From the NCBI GenBank assembly GCA_000165345.1, contig CM000431.1, positions 672,001-736,000 on the forward strand: DNA of 64,000 nt, in the 5' to 3' direction. The notes beneath the pieces are model-generated. The model had not been told where the DNA came from. It saw only the letters and a program-made list of their open reading frames with translations, and searched no databases. Positions 40,149 through 53,142 of the stretch are shown in pieces; the stretch's first letter is position 1, and the number at the start of each line of letters is the position of its first letter. A program made the translations under genes and the position numbers.

Positions 40149-42149
40149 TTATTTCGGTGTTTGTGTATTAATTCCTTGTGTCGCGGAGCTAGAGATATTT
40201 GAACTAGATATTGAAGATTGTTTGTCCTCAAAACTATCAAAATGTGAATCAAATGAGCTACAGCTGCAGGTTTCGGAATATTCATCGCTTTCATCACTTA
40301 ATATTGGACGGCTCCCGAGCCTGAACCAAGGTAAAATTGCCTTATTAATCATTGTTTGTAAACTTTTTACATTATCAAATTCCCCAGAAACAGATTGATC
40401 CAGTACCACATCTTCACACTTTTCAAAATTGTTAGGTTGATATATCATCAAAATCAACGGAATTATATATTTTCTTATTATGATTTGGAATGCAGAAATA
40501 GGATCATTTCCGCAGGAAGATGCTTCTCCGCAATAAAGCAATATTTCTTTAAATTCCCAATAGTCCAAACCTTTCGGATTAGTAATGACTGCAGAGTAGC
40601 ATCTTTCTAATTGAATTGGAGTAATATATTCCTCAAAATTCCCTCCTAGTAAACCAGAATCATTCATTAAATTGTAAAATTGACGATAAGAAAGTCTGTC
40701 ACTATTGGGCCCAGAGTAATAAACAAAGATCCTATATAATTTCTTATCATCCTCTTGATTAATGCTTGTAAGCGCTACTAAAATTTCTGATTCTGGGTCT
40801 GAAATTTTTTGAATTTTTTTTTTTTGAAGGTTTTTCTTCTCGCTTTTTTTTAAATCTTGTTGATTTAGCTCTTCCAGCTCGGGTTTTACAACAATCTCCT
40901 GAAGTCTTAGCTGATCTTGTATATTATAAACATTTAAATAATCAAATACTTGATTTTGATGTTCTTCATTGGAAGGATCATCTAATTCTCTCTGGATGTT
41001 AGTTAAATTTAACTCTTGTTCTATGTCACAATAGCAACTAGCATCTGCTACAGAAAAAGTTGCATCAACTGCTACACTATTTAAACTTTGTTCTATTTGG
41101 ATAGAGCTATCCCTTAATTCAGCCTTTATCTGTATATCTTTATCTTTTCTTTGCATTGTTGGATCATTTACTTGAATGGATCTTTCAGACCTAATCAACT
41201 TATTCGAAATTATATCAGCATAATCACAACTAAGTAAAAAAGAAACTACTAAATTCAATTTTTCATCTTCAGTTGCCCCGATCGATCTGAATTTAAATTG
41301 AGAAAAGCGATGCAAGAGCTTGAGAAATAAATTATATTCTATTTGTCTCTCCTCACTTGGTAAATTCTCTTGGCTTGAAGGAAACATCCTACCCAAAATA
41401 TCAATAGGCTTGCTTTTATGATAAAGCTTACTTAAATGAAGCATGCTTGCAAATTGCTTACACTTTAGATAGACTGAGTTATTTGAAAAGTAGTAAAATA
41501 AACTCTCTAGATCCATATTTAATTTACATGGAACAGAAATAATAACTTCATTATTATCATCTTTAGATACCTTAATTAAATTCGATCTTAAGTAGATGTC
41601 ATTTTTGACTTCCTTTTCTAAGTTTTGATTTTCAATATTAAATAAATTATTTTTATCTGCATTTTCTTCACTTAATTGTATTTTTTTTTCTCCAAGTACC
41701 TTGAAATCTTCCGAGTCCTTATTTTTTCTAATATTAAAATCTTCACTATCTACCTTATTTTTCGCATTAGAATCAATATTTGATGGAACAATACTTTGGT
41801 CATCTGATCTATCTAATAATGAAAATTTCCCTAATTCACTCGTAGGATTGTTTTTATTCGTTAAACAATTTGAATTATATTTAGTTGTAATATTTGATTT
41901 TGTGGTATTAACAGAATTCGAGTTTAAACATTTTGAATTAACCTTACTAATACTTGATTTTTCGCAACTATTTAAACTAATTTGTTTGTTTATTATTTTA
42001 GATCTCGAATTATTTACCTTAATATCAAGATTTTTTATTTTTAGATTTGGTTTGTTGCTGTCAGGAGTTTCTGAACCAAGTTTAGATGAATGGCCATTGG
42101 ACAAGAATAATGAAGAATAAAGAGAAGACTTCAAATTATTTGCGTTCAT
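40149..42149 (-). CDS. hypothetical protein (666 aa) with an internal duplicated segment
   Basis: The first ATG is at 42147-42149; the track start at 42218 is a GTG. Two similar segments are present: LFYYFSNNSVYLKCKQFASMLHLSKL and IFVYYSGPNSDRLSYRQFYNLMNDSGL. Ser-rich C-terminal tail. No confident family. Confidence 0.5.
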   Translation of the reverse strand: MNANNLKSSLYSSLFLSNGHSSKLGSETPDSNKPNLKIKNLDIKVNNSRSKIINKQISLNSCEKSSISKVNSKCLNSNSVNTTKSNITTKYNSNCLTNKNNPTSELGKFSLLDRSDDQSIVPSNIDSNAKNKVDSEDFNIRKNKDSEDFKVLGEKKIQLSEENADKNNLFNIENQNLEKEVKNDIYLRSNLIKVSKDDNNEVIISVPCKLNMDLESLFYYFSNNSVYLKCKQFASMLHLSKLYHKSKPIDILGRMFPSSQENLPSEERQIEYNLFLKLLHRFSQFKFRSIGATEDEKLNLVVSFLLSCDYADIISNKLIRSERSIQVNDPTMQRKDKDIQIKAELRDSSIQIEQSLNSVAVDATFSVADASCYCDIEQELNLTNIQRELDDPSNEEHQNQVFDYLNVYNIQDQLRLQEIVVKPELEELNQQDLKKSEKKNLQKKKIQKISDPESEILVALTSINQEDDKKLYRIFVYYSGPNSDRLSYRQFYNLMNDSGLLGGNFEEYITPIQLERCYSAVITNPKGLDYWEFKEILLYCGEASSCGNDPISAFQIIIRKYIIPLILMIYQPNNFEKCEDVVLDQSVSGEFDNVKSLQTMINKAILPWFRLGSRPILSDESDEYSETCSCSSFDSHFDSFEDKQSSISSSNISSSATQGINTQTPK

Positions 42150-42363
42150 TTGAACAATTAATCCATTTGTTTTTTTCTTAAAATAAATTTGCACACAGCT
42201 CAAGGGCACACAATCCACAATTAATGAAAAAACATTTTAAAACAATTTAAAATCTAAAACTTATGTTTACAAAACTTTTGTAAATCAATTTATTGACTTT
42301 TCAATGTTCAACTATTATATTACTTATTAGATTGTGTTTACAGAGAATTTAAGTTAATATTAT

Positions 42364-44697
42364 CTAGAATTCAATTTTTTCTAATAATTTTTCTCTGTCA
42401 ATTGAACCTTTAAATGTTTTTGGTATATTTGTCTCTATAATTTTGTATGGAATATATGATTTTGGTATGTTAGAATAATTAAGCTCATTCCTTATAAAAT
42501 GTTCAAAATTTTCACTATTCTCGAAGGGTTCATAAATGAATATTATTTTATCATCTTCTGAAATTTTATCATCCTTATTACTGATAACAGTAGAAAAAAA
42601 ATTTTTGGGAAATTTTTTTTTGTTTAAATTCCTTAGAGTACTTACAATTCTATCATTAATTTCTTCAGAACTGTATTTTACGCCTCCAATTTTAATAATT
42701 GAAGAAGAGCGAGATAACCAAAATAAAAATATATTATCTACAAAAATATTATCTTTACAGCATGCGCAAGAATTTAGTTTTTCTTCAATAATTATATTTG
42801 GATCTTTATTGATGTGGGCTACCTGCCTTTCTTCACCTAATATGTACACGGTTGATGGCTCTGAATTTGTATTAATTTTCTCAGCAGTCCAGTAACCTTG
42901 ATCTCCTAATCCAAGATACCAAGGATGATTGTCGCAAATAAATAACATCTTACGACATTTTTGCGTGCTAAAGCCAATTTTATTAATTCTATTTACTATT
43001 TCTCTTGTAATTAATACATTCTCGTGATTAATGTAACCACTCATTATAGTTTTCCCACGGCAAATAATGTGACCAACTTCAAATTCGTTCGTTGGAATAA
43101 GAAAGTTATCTGCATTAATGTCTATTGACTTTACAACAAAAACTTCTGCGAATGGTTGTATAGATCTGCCAATAAAGTACCCATTTTTCTTTTTTGTTTT
43201 AGAATTAATTTCATTGATATTACTTGTGATTTTTAAAGCTGCGTTTAGCAGAGAATGATCCATTAATAAATCAGTTCCGCACAACTGTAAACATGTTTCC
43301 GTTGATCCAAATCTAATTCTTGGAATTTTTCCATTAAATAATTTTTTAAATTCATTTATTAAATCATTTGATACAGCCGATGAGCCAAAAAAAAAACTAA
43401 CTGATGGATGAGATAAATTAGTCAATATTTCATTTCTATCTTCAAAGTAATTATTTTCAATCATTGACGAGAAATATTCGAAGTGTTTTGGAACTAATGG
43501 GACAATCATATTGAAGTTATTACCGTAGCTATTTATTGAGATTTTGATTGTTTCGTTCAATATTTGCCAGTAAACTTTAGAATATTTATGAATTAATATC
43601 AACTTTGATGAGCTCCTAATGCAGTATTCAGTAAAACAAGTACTGTTTACATGATGTAATGGGTTTGTAATAACAAATATAGACTTTATGTTATTGTTAT
43701 TATTACATAAAACACTTAAAGTACTAATCATTCCCGAATAATTACCAAAAGTTAGCTTTGCCCCTTTAGGTCTTCCCGTTGATCCAGACGTAAATACAAT
43801 ATTTCTAACCTTTGAATAAATTTCTGGCCCTGATATGCCCATCTTTTTTCCCACATTAGTTATATTATTCGTTTCATTTCCTGAATAGACGCCCTCAATG
43901 TTACCTAGAGACTGATTAATTTTAGAATTTTGGACTTTTTTTGATGTATTCGTATACTCATTAGCCTTATCAATTTTGACTTGATTTGTTTCAAAAAAGT
44001 TTTCTAAATAATTTTCAGAATAAGAATAAATTTTCTGAGAATCATTAGTCAATTCATTGTTTGGAAAATTATTCAAATATAAGTTTTGATTTGTTAAATT
44101 CGAAAATAAAACCTGATCTGAAGGTAGAAGAAAGATCTTTTTGTCATATTTGGTTGAAAAATTGCTCGATACTTCATCAATAAATGATTTAGGAATATCA
44201 ACATCAAATAGTAGAATTTGGCAATCAGCAACAGATAATTTATATGAGATAATTTCTGGATTATCAACTGCGTAATTTAAAAAAACAGGTATGAAGGTGT
44301 TATTATTATAGCATACTTCTCTAAATATTAAGTCTTCTATTTTATTTCCATCCCATAAGGTACCCACTTTAATTGTATTTATGCTACAACTATCATTTTC
44401 TTTAATTTGGTTCAAATCTACAAATTGATTGAGCTTAATGGTCATAAAATATTGAAAATATTCAAACGAATCTTTTAAAATAGAAATTTTCTCAGGTCTT
44501 TCACCGTTTTTCCTCCAATATTCAATACTGAACTCCTCTTTTGTTTGGTCACATATGTTCTTTTCTGAGTTATAAAATATTGAGCTGTACTCAAAACTTA
44601 CATATTTTTTTTTGGTTTCTGTCGTATTTAGAACCTTCATTTTCATTTTAATAAAATTTATGTTTAAATTGACGGTGAACAACAAAAATACGCACAT
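42364..44697 (-). CDS. AMP-dependent synthetase/ligase (acyl-CoA synthetase-like adenylate-forming enzyme)
   Basis: 777 aa. AMP-binding signature TSGSTGRPKGAKLTFGN with downstream adenylation-core motifs. ATG verified at 44695-44697. Confidence 0.8.
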   Translation of the reverse strand: MCVFLLFTVNLNINFIKMKMKVLNTTETKKKYVSFEYSSIFYNSEKNICDQTKEEFSIEYWRKNGERPEKISILKDSFEYFQYFMTIKLNQFVDLNQIKENDSCSINTIKVGTLWDGNKIEDLIFREVCYNNNTFIPVFLNYAVDNPEIISYKLSVADCQILLFDVDIPKSFIDEVSSNFSTKYDKKIFLLPSDQVLFSNLTNQNLYLNNFPNNELTNDSQKIYSYSENYLENFFETNQVKIDKANEYTNTSKKVQNSKINQSLGNIEGVYSGNETNNITNVGKKMGISGPEIYSKVRNIVFTSGSTGRPKGAKLTFGNYSGMISTLSVLCNNNNNIKSIFVITNPLHHVNSTCFTEYCIRSSSKLILIHKYSKVYWQILNETIKISINSYGNNFNMIVPLVPKHFEYFSSMIENNYFEDRNEILTNLSHPSVSFFFGSSAVSNDLINEFKKLFNGKIPRIRFGSTETCLQLCGTDLLMDHSLLNAALKITSNINEINSKTKKKNGYFIGRSIQPFAEVFVVKSIDINADNFLIPTNEFEVGHIICRGKTIMSGYINHENVLITREIVNRINKIGFSTQKCRKMLFICDNHPWYLGLGDQGYWTAEKINTNSEPSTVYILGEERQVAHINKDPNIIIEEKLNSCACCKDNIFVDNIFLFWLSRSSSIIKIGGVKYSSEEINDRIVSTLRNLNKKKFPKNFFSTVISNKDDKISEDDKIIFIYEPFENSENFEHFIRNELNYSNIPKSYIPYKIIETNIPKTFKGSIDREKLLEKIEF

Positions 44698-44758
44698 GGA
44701 AAAAATAATAAAGTAAATTTTATAAAATCGGAAACGAATAAGTAATAAATATTAGGTT

Positions 44759-45517
44759 TTATTCATTGATGTAATTGTCAACGATTTCTTGTGCTTCTGG
44801 TGTGATTTCGCTTTTCATAAGCGAATCTTCAAGAACTCTTAATTGTTTAATGTCATTACATAGAGAAATTGCTATTTTTATATTGTTCAATTGAGTATGA
44901 TTCGGCTTATTAATTGGCAAATTTATTATAGTATTTATTTTTGAGGTTGAAACATTATTCATAATTTTTATGGAGTTATCTTCGAAATTTTTGAAAGAGT
45001 ATTGAACTAATAAGTCCTTACCGATACTATTAGTTTCGAAAAATAACTCAGATGCGTTCCTATCTACTTTATTGATCTTTTGGAAATCCAGATAAATTAA
45101 ATTAGGAAGCATCCCTATTAAAATTGTTTTGTAATTAGGAATTTTTGTAATTGGATTATTAACCAACGATAATCTTTTCAAATTCCTAAGAAAGAATATT
45201 GCTGATATTGACTCGATATTTTTAATTTGATTATTTGTTAATACCAAACTCTCGAGATTTGGTAAACTCTTAGTGAATCCAGACTCTATATATTCTATTT
45301 CATTATTGCACGCAATAAAAGTCGACAGTCTATTTAAATTCGAAATATAGCTAAGAGATGAAATTGAGTTATCGCTTAAGTCAATGCATTCAAATTGATC
45401 TTTTAGTATTCCAGTATTATCAAATGCCTTGATTTTTGAGTTTCTAATATTAAATGAATACGATTCGTTTATCTTATTTAGAAAAATAGTTGACAGTTGA
45501 GTCAACAAGGTATCCAT
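44759..45517 (-). CDS. U2 snRNP protein A-prime (U2A'/Lea1), leucine-rich repeat
   Basis: 252 aa. LRR units aligning with human SNRPA1 (FECIDLSDNSISSL...LESLVLTNNQIKNIESI...LKRLSLVNNPITKIPNYKTILIGMLPNLIYLDFQKINKVDR). Confidence 0.8.
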   Translation of the reverse strand: MDTLLTQLSTIFLNKINESYSFNIRNSKIKAFDNTGILKDQFECIDLSDNSISSLSYISNLNRLSTFIACNNEIEYIESGFTKSLPNLESLVLTNNQIKNIESISAIFFLRNLKRLSLVNNPITKIPNYKTILIGMLPNLIYLDFQKINKVDRNASELFFETNSIGKDLLVQYSFKNFEDNSIKIMNNVSTSKINTIINLPINKPNHTQLNNIKIAISLCNDIKQLRVLEDSLMKSEITPEAQEIVDNYINE

Positions 45518-45589
45518 TATTAATAAATATGTTTAAAATGCTGGGATCTTATTTGAAGAAATTGTATATGAACCATTTTTTGTTATAAA

Positions 45590-45598
45590 TTTTCGCGC
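45590..45598. promoter_or_regulatory. canonical E2F-type site TTTTCGCGC in the divergent U2A'/PRP8 promoter
   Basis: aaattttcgcgcttcaag. It lies 73 nt upstream of the U2A' ATG (minus strand) and 175 nt upstream of the PRP8 ATG. Confidence 0.3.
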
Positions 45599-45772
45599 TT
45601 CAAGTCATTAGCTGGGTCTAAAGTTAAATTCCAAAAAAACTAACTTTCAAAGCCAAGTATTGTGTACTCTAAAATTAAAAGGGTATTTTTAATTGTTTAC
45701 ATTATTTTGTATTTTATGTAACTAATCAGCTTATAAGATAAATGTTTCTAACTTATTTAGACGACCCAAAGT

Positions 45773-48700
45773 ATGGATTTCAATAACGCCCTTCAAAATG
45801 AACAAGCAAGCCAGATAAATTTGGGAATAAAGCACTTAAATTGGTCGAAGCTAAATGAAGCCCGATATTGCAGACGCTCAAAAGTTAATGGAAATCAGAT
45901 TGTGAGAAAATCTAAATTACCACCTGAACATTTAAGGAAACTAATTAATATTCATGGCGATATGTCATCGAGAAAGTTTCAGAATGAGAAGAGAGTCTAT
46001 TTAGGTGCGCTAAAATATATCCCTCATTCAATTTTTAAGTTGTTAGAAAACATACCAATGCCTTGGGAAAGAGTAAAGTATGTAGATTGTTTGTATCATA
46101 CTACAGGCGCAATAACTTTTGTAAATGAAATACCATGGGTTATTGAACCTATCTATATTGCTCAGTGGTCTACAATGTGGACGATGATGAGAAGGGAAAA
46201 GCGTGATAGGAAACATTTTAAAAGGATTCGTTTTCCACCCTTCGATGATGAAGAGCCCCCGATAGATTATTGCGAAAATATCTTAGGTGTTGAACCACTT
46301 GATTCTATACAGATAGTTTTGGATGGTGAAGAAGATATTTCTGTTTATGATTGGTTTTATTTAGATTCAAAACAACAATTTAAGTATTTTCATAAAAAGG
46401 GGAATTATAAAAAACATCAGTGGCATTTAACATTTGAACAACTTGGGACTCTTTATAGATTATCCATGCAAATATTGCCAATCTTATTAGAAAATAACTC
46501 TTATTATTTATTTAATAAAGATGCATTTTTTACTGCGAAAGCACTAAACATTGCAATTCCAGGAGGGCCTAAATTTGAGCCACTAAATAGTACTTCATTT
46601 GATGAGGATGAAGATTGGAATGAATTTAACGATCTTAACCGAGTAATTTTCAGGTCGATTACAAGATCTGAATATAAAATAGCCTTTCCGCATTTTTATA
46701 ACTCATTACCTAAATTTGTTTCTACATCAGTCTATCATTACATAGTTAATATATTTACAAAGCCGGAAAACCCGAATTCTCCAATATTCGAGTTCAATGA
46801 ATATTACCATCCAATTTCTCCAAATAACTCCTTGTTGGAAAATATTTACCAAATCGTTGACGAGGAAATACATAATATTAAAATTCACTTTAGCCCTTTT
46901 TTCCACGAATATAGCCTTGAGACAAGTTCCACAACAAATGGAATTTTATTATTTTGGTCTCCATTTCCATTTAATGTTAGATCAAACCCAAGAAGAAGAA
47001 GTTATGACATTTCTTTATTAAAAGAATGGTATAAGTATAACAATATTTCTTCTGAGCAGCCAGTTAAGATCCGTATTTCACAACAAAAATTATTAAAAAA
47101 CTGGATATTAAACTCTTTGCATAATAAGGTTGCAAAGAACTGTAAAAGACGTAATTTTTTAAAAATATTACAAAATACAAAATTCTTTCAATCTACTGAA
47201 ATGGACTGGGTTGAGGTCGGGCTTCAGGTATGCAAACAAGGATATAATATGCTAAATTTACTAATTCATAGAAAGAACCTAACGTATTTGCATTTAGACT
47301 ACAATTTTAATCTAAAACCAATTAAAACATTAACTACTAAAGAAAGGAAAAAAAGTAGGTTTGGAAATGCTTTTCATCTTTGTAGAGAGGTATTAAGGTT
47401 AACAAAGTTAGTTGTTGATTGCCACGTACAGTATAGACTAGGGAATATTGATGCGTTCCAACTTGCAGATGGGCTACAATATATTTTTAATCATGTTGGA
47501 CAACTTACTGGGATATATCGATATAAATATCGAATTATGAGACAAGTTAGAATGTGCAAAGATATAAAACATATTGTCTATTATAGATTTAATACTGGTT
47601 CGGTGGGCAAAGGTCCCGGAGTTGGATTCTGGGAACCAAGTTGGAGAATTTGGATATTTTTTCTTCGTGGAATAATACCAATTCTTGAACGTTGGATTGG
47701 TAATTTATTATCTAGGCAATTTACAGGACGTCAGAATTCCAATCCATATAGATCTATTAGCAAGCAAAGAGTTGAAAGTCACTTTGATCTTGAGTTGAGA
47801 GCTTCCGTAATGCATGATATACTTGATATGATGCCTGAGCAACTTCGATCTAGTAAAGCACGCCCAATATTGCAACATTTGAGTGAATCATGGCGATGCT
47901 GGAAGGCAAATCTTCCTTGGAAAGTACATGGAATGCCACCCGCAGTAGAAAATATTATTTTGAGATATGTAAAATTAAAAGCAGATTGGTGGACAAATTC
48001 AGCTTATTTTAATAGAGAAAGGATTCGAAGAGGGGCAACTGTTGATAAAACTGTTGTAAAAAAAAATTTAGGTAGATTAACAAGATTATACATTAAGGCA
48101 GAACAAGAAAGACAAATAAGCTATCTAAAGGATGGTCCTTATATATCTAGCGAAGAAGCTGTTGCAATTTATACTACTGCAGTTCATTGGCTGGAGAGTC
48201 GTAGATTTATTCATATTCCATTTCCTCCATTAAATTATAAACATGACACGAAACTACTTATTTTAGCATTAGAACGCCTAAAAGAAGTATATAGCGTAAA
48301 ATCAAGGCTTAATCGTTCACAACGTGAAGAGTTGACATTAATTGAAAATGCTTATGATAATCCACACGAAACTCTAGCCAGAATAAAAAGACATTTATTA
48401 ACTCAAAGAACATTTAAAGAAACAAATATTGAGTTTATGGACTTATATTCTCATTTAATACCTGTTTATGAAATCGATCCATTGGAAAAAATTACTGACA
48501 CATATTTAGACCAGTATTTATGGTATGAATCTGACAACAGAAAACTGTTTCCGAATTGGGTAAAGCCATCGGATAATGAACCGCCTCCACTGCTTGTATA
48601 TAAACTATGTAATGGAATAAATAATCTTGACGGATTTTGGAAGTTTGATGATGATTCAGTTGGTCTTTTGGTTGAGACTCAATTTGAACAAATCATGGAA

Positions 48701-51700
48701 AAAATTGACTTAACTTTGCTAAATAGACTTTTAAGATTAATTACCGATCACAATATTGCTGACTATATCACAAGCAAAAATAATATTAATGTAACATATA
48801 AAGATATGAATTATTTGAACTCTTATGGAATTATTCGTGGTTTACAATTCTCTTCATTTGTTTGCCAGTATTATCTCTTGATTGTTGATTTGCTATTACT
48901 TGGATTGACTCGAGCAAATCAAATTGCAGGCTCGCCAAGTCATCCTAATGAGTTTTTAAAGTATTCAGATAAAAAGATAGAGCTATCTCATCCAATTAGA
49001 TTGTATTGCAGATTTGTTGATAAGTTATACATAATTATTAAACTTAGTAAACAAGAAATAAAAGAAATAGTTCAACGATACTTATCTGAAAACCCAGATT
49101 TTAGCAATAATCAAAATTTAATAGGATATAATAACAAGAAATGTTGGCCAAGAGAATGCCGCATGAGACTAGTTAAAAATGACGTAATTATAGGCAAAAG
49201 TGTCTATTGGGAGCTATCTAATCGACTTCCAAAGAGTATAACTACATTAGAATGGGAAAGATCATTTGTTTCAGTATATTCGAAAAGTAACCCAAATCTA
49301 TTATTTTCATTGGCTGGATTTTCAGTGAGAATACTTCCCACTTGCAGGATAGGAAAAAGAACTTTTGAAGCAAGCAATACATCTTTTATTGGTAATGAAG
49401 ATTCCCAATATTATACAAGAGAAAGTACATGGCAATTGAGTAATAATTTGACAAAGGAAATTACATCTTATGTCTTTTTAATGGTAGACGAGTCAGAAAT
49501 TAGAAATTTTGAAAATAGAGTTAGGCAGATTCTAATTACTTCAGGATCTGCAACATTTACTAAAATTGCGAACAAGTGGAATACGTGCTTGATTGGTCTA
49601 ATGACATATTTTAGAGAGGCAGTTATTTATACTGAAAAATTATTGGACTTACTTGTAAGGTGCGAAAACAAAATCCAAACTAGAATAAAAATAGGTCTTA
49701 ATTCAAAAATGCCAACAAGATTTCCGCCTGTAGTTTTCTATACACCTAAAGAACTTGGAGGACTTGGTATGCTATCAATGGGGCATATATTAATTCCACA
49801 AAGTGATTTACGCTTTACTAGACAAACTGATTTAGGAACAATTTCACATTTCAGAGCTGGAATGACTCATGACCAAGATGAGCATATACCAAATTTGTAT
49901 CGCTATATTCAAACATGGGAAAGCGAATTTATAGAATCTCAACGTGTCTGGCTAGAATATTCACTTAAAAGGCAGCAAGCTCAGTTGCAAAATAAGAGGC
50001 TCACACTAGAAGATATAGAAGATAGTTGGGATAAAGGAATTCCAAGGATAAATACTTTATTTCAAAAAGATAGGCATACTCTTGCTTATGATAAAGGTTG
50101 GAGAATTAGACAGATTTTTAGGCAGTTCCAGATATTAAGAAATAATCCTTTCTGGTGGACTCACCAGAAACATGACGGTAAGTTATGGAACTTAAGTAAC
50201 TATAGAACCGATATGATACAGGCATTGGGAGGGGTTGAAAGCATTTTAGAACATACATTATTTAAAGGCACATACTTTTCAACCTGGGAAGGACTTTTCT
50301 GGGAAAAATCATCGGGCTTTGAAGAGAGCATGAAATATAAAAAACTTACAAATGCACAAAGAAGTGGATTAAATCAAATTCCAAACCGTAGATTTACTTT
50401 GTGGTGGAGTCCTACAATTAATCGCGCAAACGTCTATATTGGTTTCCAAGTACAACTGGATTTAACCGGCATTTTTATGCATGGAAAACTTCCAACATTG
50501 AAGATTTCATTGATCCAGATTTTTAGGGCCCATTTATGGCAAAAAATACACGAGTCAATCGTGATGGATATTTGCCAGGTTTTAGATAATGAAGTTGATG
50601 CACTAGGGATTGAAATGGTACAAAAAGAAGCCATTCATCCTAGAAAAAGTTATAAAATGAATTCTTCTTGTGCGGATATTTTGTTATTATCATCTTATAA
50701 ATGGGTAGCAACGAATCCATCTCTTTTACTGGACAAAAAAGATGACATTTCTTCTAATTCATTAATTAACACTAATAAATTTTGGATCGATATTCAGTTG
50801 AGATGGGGGGATTATGATTCACATGATATTGAAAGGTATTGCCGTGCAAAGTTTCTCGATTATACTAGCGATGCAATGTCAATTTACCCTTCTCCTACAG
50901 GAGTATTGATTGCAGTTGACCTAGCTTATAACCTTTATTCTGCATATGGAAATTGGATTCCAGGTCTTAAGGAATTAATTCAGAAAGCTATGGCAAAAAT
51001 TATGAAATCAAATCCTGCATTGTATGTTTTAAGGGAAAGAATAAGGAAAGGACTTCAGCTATATTGCTCTGAGCCTACTGAACCATATTTAAATAGCCAA
51101 AATTATAATGAACTGTTTAGCAACCAGACTACTTGGTTTGTAGATGATACAAATGTATATAGAGTTTCAATACATAAAACATTTGAAGGGAACCTAACTA
51201 CAAAACCAGTAAATGGCTGTATATTGATACTTAACCCATGCAATGGAAAGCTATTTATGAAAGTAATACACACCTCTGTTTGGGCTGGCCAAAAAAGACT
51301 TTCACAATTAGCCAAATGGAAGACGGCAGAAGAAGTTGTTGCGCTTATCCGCTCTTTACCTATTGAGGAACAACCAAAACAGGTAATAGTTACAAGAAAG
51401 GGTATGCTAGATCCTCTAGAAGTTCACTTACTTGATTTTCCCAATATTGTCATTAAAGGTTCAGATCTAAGCCTTCCGTTTCAGGCACTCCTCAAGATAG
51501 AAAAATTTGGAGATTTAGTACTTAAGTCAACACAACCATCAATGGTACTATTTTCCCTATATGATGATTGGCTTAAAACAATTTCTCCATTTACAGCATT
51601 TAGCAGATTAGTATTAATTTTAAGGTCAATGCATATTAACCCCGAAAGAACAAAGGTGATTCTTAAACCAAATAAAAATATTATTACAATGCATAATCAT

Positions 51701-52912
51701 ATTTGGCCATCATTAACAGATGAAGAATGGGCTAATGTCGAAGTTGCAATGAAAGACATAATATTGGATGATTACTCCAAAAAGAACAATGTACATATAT
51801 CTGCACTGACACAGAGCGAAATACGAGATATTATATTAGGAATGGAAATAACTCCTCCTTCAATTCAAAGACAACAAATTGCAGAAATCGAGAGACAAGT
51901 TAAGGATCTTGCGAACAAAACGACTGAATGTTCGGATATTACTAGTTTAACTACTAAAACGGTCAACGTTCATGGGCAGGAAATTGTAGTCACGACTCAA
52001 ACACAATATGAACAGAAGACTTTCTCTTCGAAAACCGACTGGAGAGCAAGAGCTTTAGCTTCAACGACTTTAAGCTTAAGAAGCGATAATATTTATATTT
52101 TATCTGATGATTCAATTCTTAACATTTCAAATAACTCGATTATCCCATATATTATCCCAAAAAATTTATTGAAAACATTTATTGAAATTTCAGATTTAAG
52201 GACGCAGATTGGAGCATTTATGTATGGTAAAAAAATCGTTGAATCGATCGGGAAAGGAAAATGCTATTCCGAAAATAGTTGTGAAATGGAAACTGTTATT
52301 GAGATAAGATGTTTAGTATTAGCTCCTCAACATGGCAATCAAAACTCTATTAATATGACTGACATTCTGCCCAAAAACCCGGAAATTTCAGACTTAGAAT
52401 TTATTGGATTAATAAAAACCAAAGTCCAAGAAGAGTTTTCTATAGCTATATCTGATATTGATTACTTATGGAGGATTTCTCAAAATAATTTGGATGTTCA
52501 AGTAGACAATATCGCGATGGTTAGCTGCAGCTTTACCCCAGGATCCACTACCCTTTCTGCAATTAAATTAGATCATGACTGTATTGATTGGTATAAAAAT
52601 AACATTGAAAATAAGGACTTGAACTATGAAACTTTTAAAACTTGTTCATCAGATTATACAGAAAAAATCAAGCTGATACTTTCGGAAACTTATAATGGAT
52701 TCTTTCTAATTCCGGAAGATGGCGTATGGAGCTACAATTCCATGGTGGTTAAGTACAATTATTCCTCTAAATGTTCATATATAGTGGACAAGCCTAATGC
52801 ATTTTATGATGAGGTTCATAGACCACAACATTTTTTGCAATTTGCATATTTAGAAAACATAGATGATTTTGATGAATGCGGACTATTGGAAATAGATGAA
52901 ATTTTTGAATAA
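45773..52912 (+). CDS. PRP8: pre-mRNA-processing-splicing factor 8 (PRP8), intronless
   Basis: 2379 aa single ORF with ATG verified. Conserved along the whole length ([17 protein letters not shown]..., RT-like, RNase H-like and Jab1/MPN regions). The length is typical, so there is no intein insertion. Confidence 0.97.
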   Translation: MDFNNALQNEQASQINLGIKHLNWSKLNEARYCRRSKVNGNQIVRKSKLPPEHLRKLINIHGDMSSRKFQNEKRVYLGALKYIPHSIFKLLENIPMPWERVKYVDCLYHTTGAITFVNEIPWVIEPIYIAQWSTMWTMMRREKRDRKHFKRIRFPPFDDEEPPIDYCENILGVEPLDSIQIVLDGEEDISVYDWFYLDSKQQFKYFHKKGNYKKHQWHLTFEQLGTLYRLSMQILPILLENNSYYLFNKDAFFTAKALNIAIPGGPKFEPLNSTSFDEDEDWNEFNDLNRVIFRSITRSEYKIAFPHFYNSLPKFVSTSVYHYIVNIFTKPENPNSPIFEFNEYYHPISPNNSLLENIYQIVDEEIHNIKIHFSPFFHEYSLETSSTTNGILLFWSPFPFNVRSNPRRRSYDISLLKEWYKYNNISSEQPVKIRISQQKLLKNWILNSLHNKVAKNCKRRNFLKILQNTKFFQSTEMDWVEVGLQVCKQGYNMLNLLIHRKNLTYLHLDYNFNLKPIKTLTTKERKKSRFGNAFHLCREVLRLTKLVVDCHVQYRLGNIDAFQLADGLQYIFNHVGQLTGIYRYKYRIMRQVRMCKDIKHIVYYRFNTGSVGKGPGVGFWEPSWRIWIFFLRGIIPILERWIGNLLSRQFTGRQNSNPYRSISKQRVESHFDLELRASVMHDILDMMPEQLRSSKARPILQHLSESWRCWKANLPWKVHGMPPAVENIILRYVKLKADWWTNSAYFNRERIRRGATVDKTVVKKNLGRLTRLYIKAEQERQISYLKDGPYISSEEAVAIYTTAVHWLESRRFIHIPFPPLNYKHDTKLLILALERLKEVYSVKSRLNRSQREELTLIENAYDNPHETLARIKRHLLTQRTFKETNIEFMDLYSHLIPVYEIDPLEKITDTYLDQYLWYESDNRKLFPNWVKPSDNEPPPLLVYKLCNGINNLDGFWKFDDDSVGLLVETQFEQIMEKIDLTLLNRLLRLITDHNIADYITSKNNINVTYKDMNYLNSYGIIRGLQFSSFVCQYYLLIVDLLLLGLTRANQIAGSPSHPNEFLKYSDKKIELSHPIRLYCRFVDKLYIIIKLSKQEIKEIVQRYLSENPDFSNNQNLIGYNNKKCWPRECRMRLVKNDVIIGKSVYWELSNRLPKSITTLEWERSFVSVYSKSNPNLLFSLAGFSVRILPTCRIGKRTFEASNTSFIGNEDSQYYTRESTWQLSNNLTKEITSYVFLMVDESEIRNFENRVRQILITSGSATFTKIANKWNTCLIGLMTYFREAVIYTEKLLDLLVRCENKIQTRIKIGLNSKMPTRFPPVVFYTPKELGGLGMLSMGHILIPQSDLRFTRQTDLGTISHFRAGMTHDQDEHIPNLYRYIQTWESEFIESQRVWLEYSLKRQQAQLQNKRLTLEDIEDSWDKGIPRINTLFQKDRHTLAYDKGWRIRQIFRQFQILRNNPFWWTHQKHDGKLWNLSNYRTDMIQALGGVESILEHTLFKGTYFSTWEGLFWEKSSGFEESMKYKKLTNAQRSGLNQIPNRRFTLWWSPTINRANVYIGFQVQLDLTGIFMHGKLPTLKISLIQIFRAHLWQKIHESIVMDICQVLDNEVDALGIEMVQKEAIHPRKSYKMNSSCADILLLSSYKWVATNPSLLLDKKDDISSNSLINTNKFWIDIQLRWGDYDSHDIERYCRAKFLDYTSDAMSIYPSPTGVLIAVDLAYNLYSAYGNWIPGLKELIQKAMAKIMKSNPALYVLRERIRKGLQLYCSEPTEPYLNSQNYNELFSNQTTWFVDDTNVYRVSIHKTFEGNLTTKPVNGCILILNPCNGKLFMKVIHTSVWAGQKRLSQLAKWKTAEEVVALIRSLPIEEQPKQVIVTRKGMLDPLEVHLLDFPNIVIKGSDLSLPFQALLKIEKFGDLVLKSTQPSMVLFSLYDDWLKTISPFTAFSRLVLILRSMHINPERTKVILKPNKNIITMHNHIWPSLTDEEWANVEVAMKDIILDDYSKKNNVHISALTQSEIRDIILGMEITPPSIQRQQIAEIERQVKDLANKTTECSDITSLTTKTVNVHGQEIVVTTQTQYEQKTFSSKTDWRARALASTTLSLRSDNIYILSDDSILNISNNSIIPYIIPKNLLKTFIEISDLRTQIGAFMYGKKIVESIGKGKCYSENSCEMETVIEIRCLVLAPQHGNQNSINMTDILPKNPEISDLEFIGLIKTKVQEEFSIAISDIDYLWRISQNNLDVQVDNIAMVSCSFTPGSTTLSAIKLDHDCIDWYKNNIENKDLNYETFKTCSSDYTEKIKLILSETYNGFFLIPEDGVWSYNSMVVKYNYSSKCSYIVDKPNAFYDEVHRPQHFLQFAYLENIDDFDECGLLEIDEIFE

Positions 52913-52929
52913 TTTTTTAATTATTATAA

Positions 52930-52963
52930 TTTTTTTTTTTTTTTTTGCAATAATTTTTTTTTT
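52930..52963. repeat. homopolymer tract: T17 (52930-52946) and T10 (52954-52963) just 3' of the PRP8 stop
   Basis: Read directly in the sequence. Confidence 0.6.
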
Positions 52964-53142
52964 CCGCTCCTATGAGTCATTTCATGCAACCTCGTATAAT
53001 TAACCACCCCACTTTCACTTGACCTTAAATGCCTCTTTATTAAACTAAAACTTTGAAAATATGATTAAAACTTGAAAATTGAGCCTATAGTATGGAATAA
53101 ATAATTGATGGTTTATTTATTTTTATTGAATTAAGTTGAAAG

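Noticed and set aside
40115-40297. 60-aa ORF overlapping the 3' end of the 666-aa gene in another frame
   Set aside because: Alternative-frame overlap of a well-supported longer ORF. Spurious.
45773-52912. Checked PRP8 for an intein or intron
   Set aside because: 2379 aa is the normal intein-free length, and the ORF is continuous with no frame breaks.
52972-52980. ATGAGTCAT (AP-1/GCN4-type palindrome) in the GC-richer island downstream of PRP8
   Set aside because: Single occurrence in a 3' UTR or intergenic region. No second copy or positional logic.
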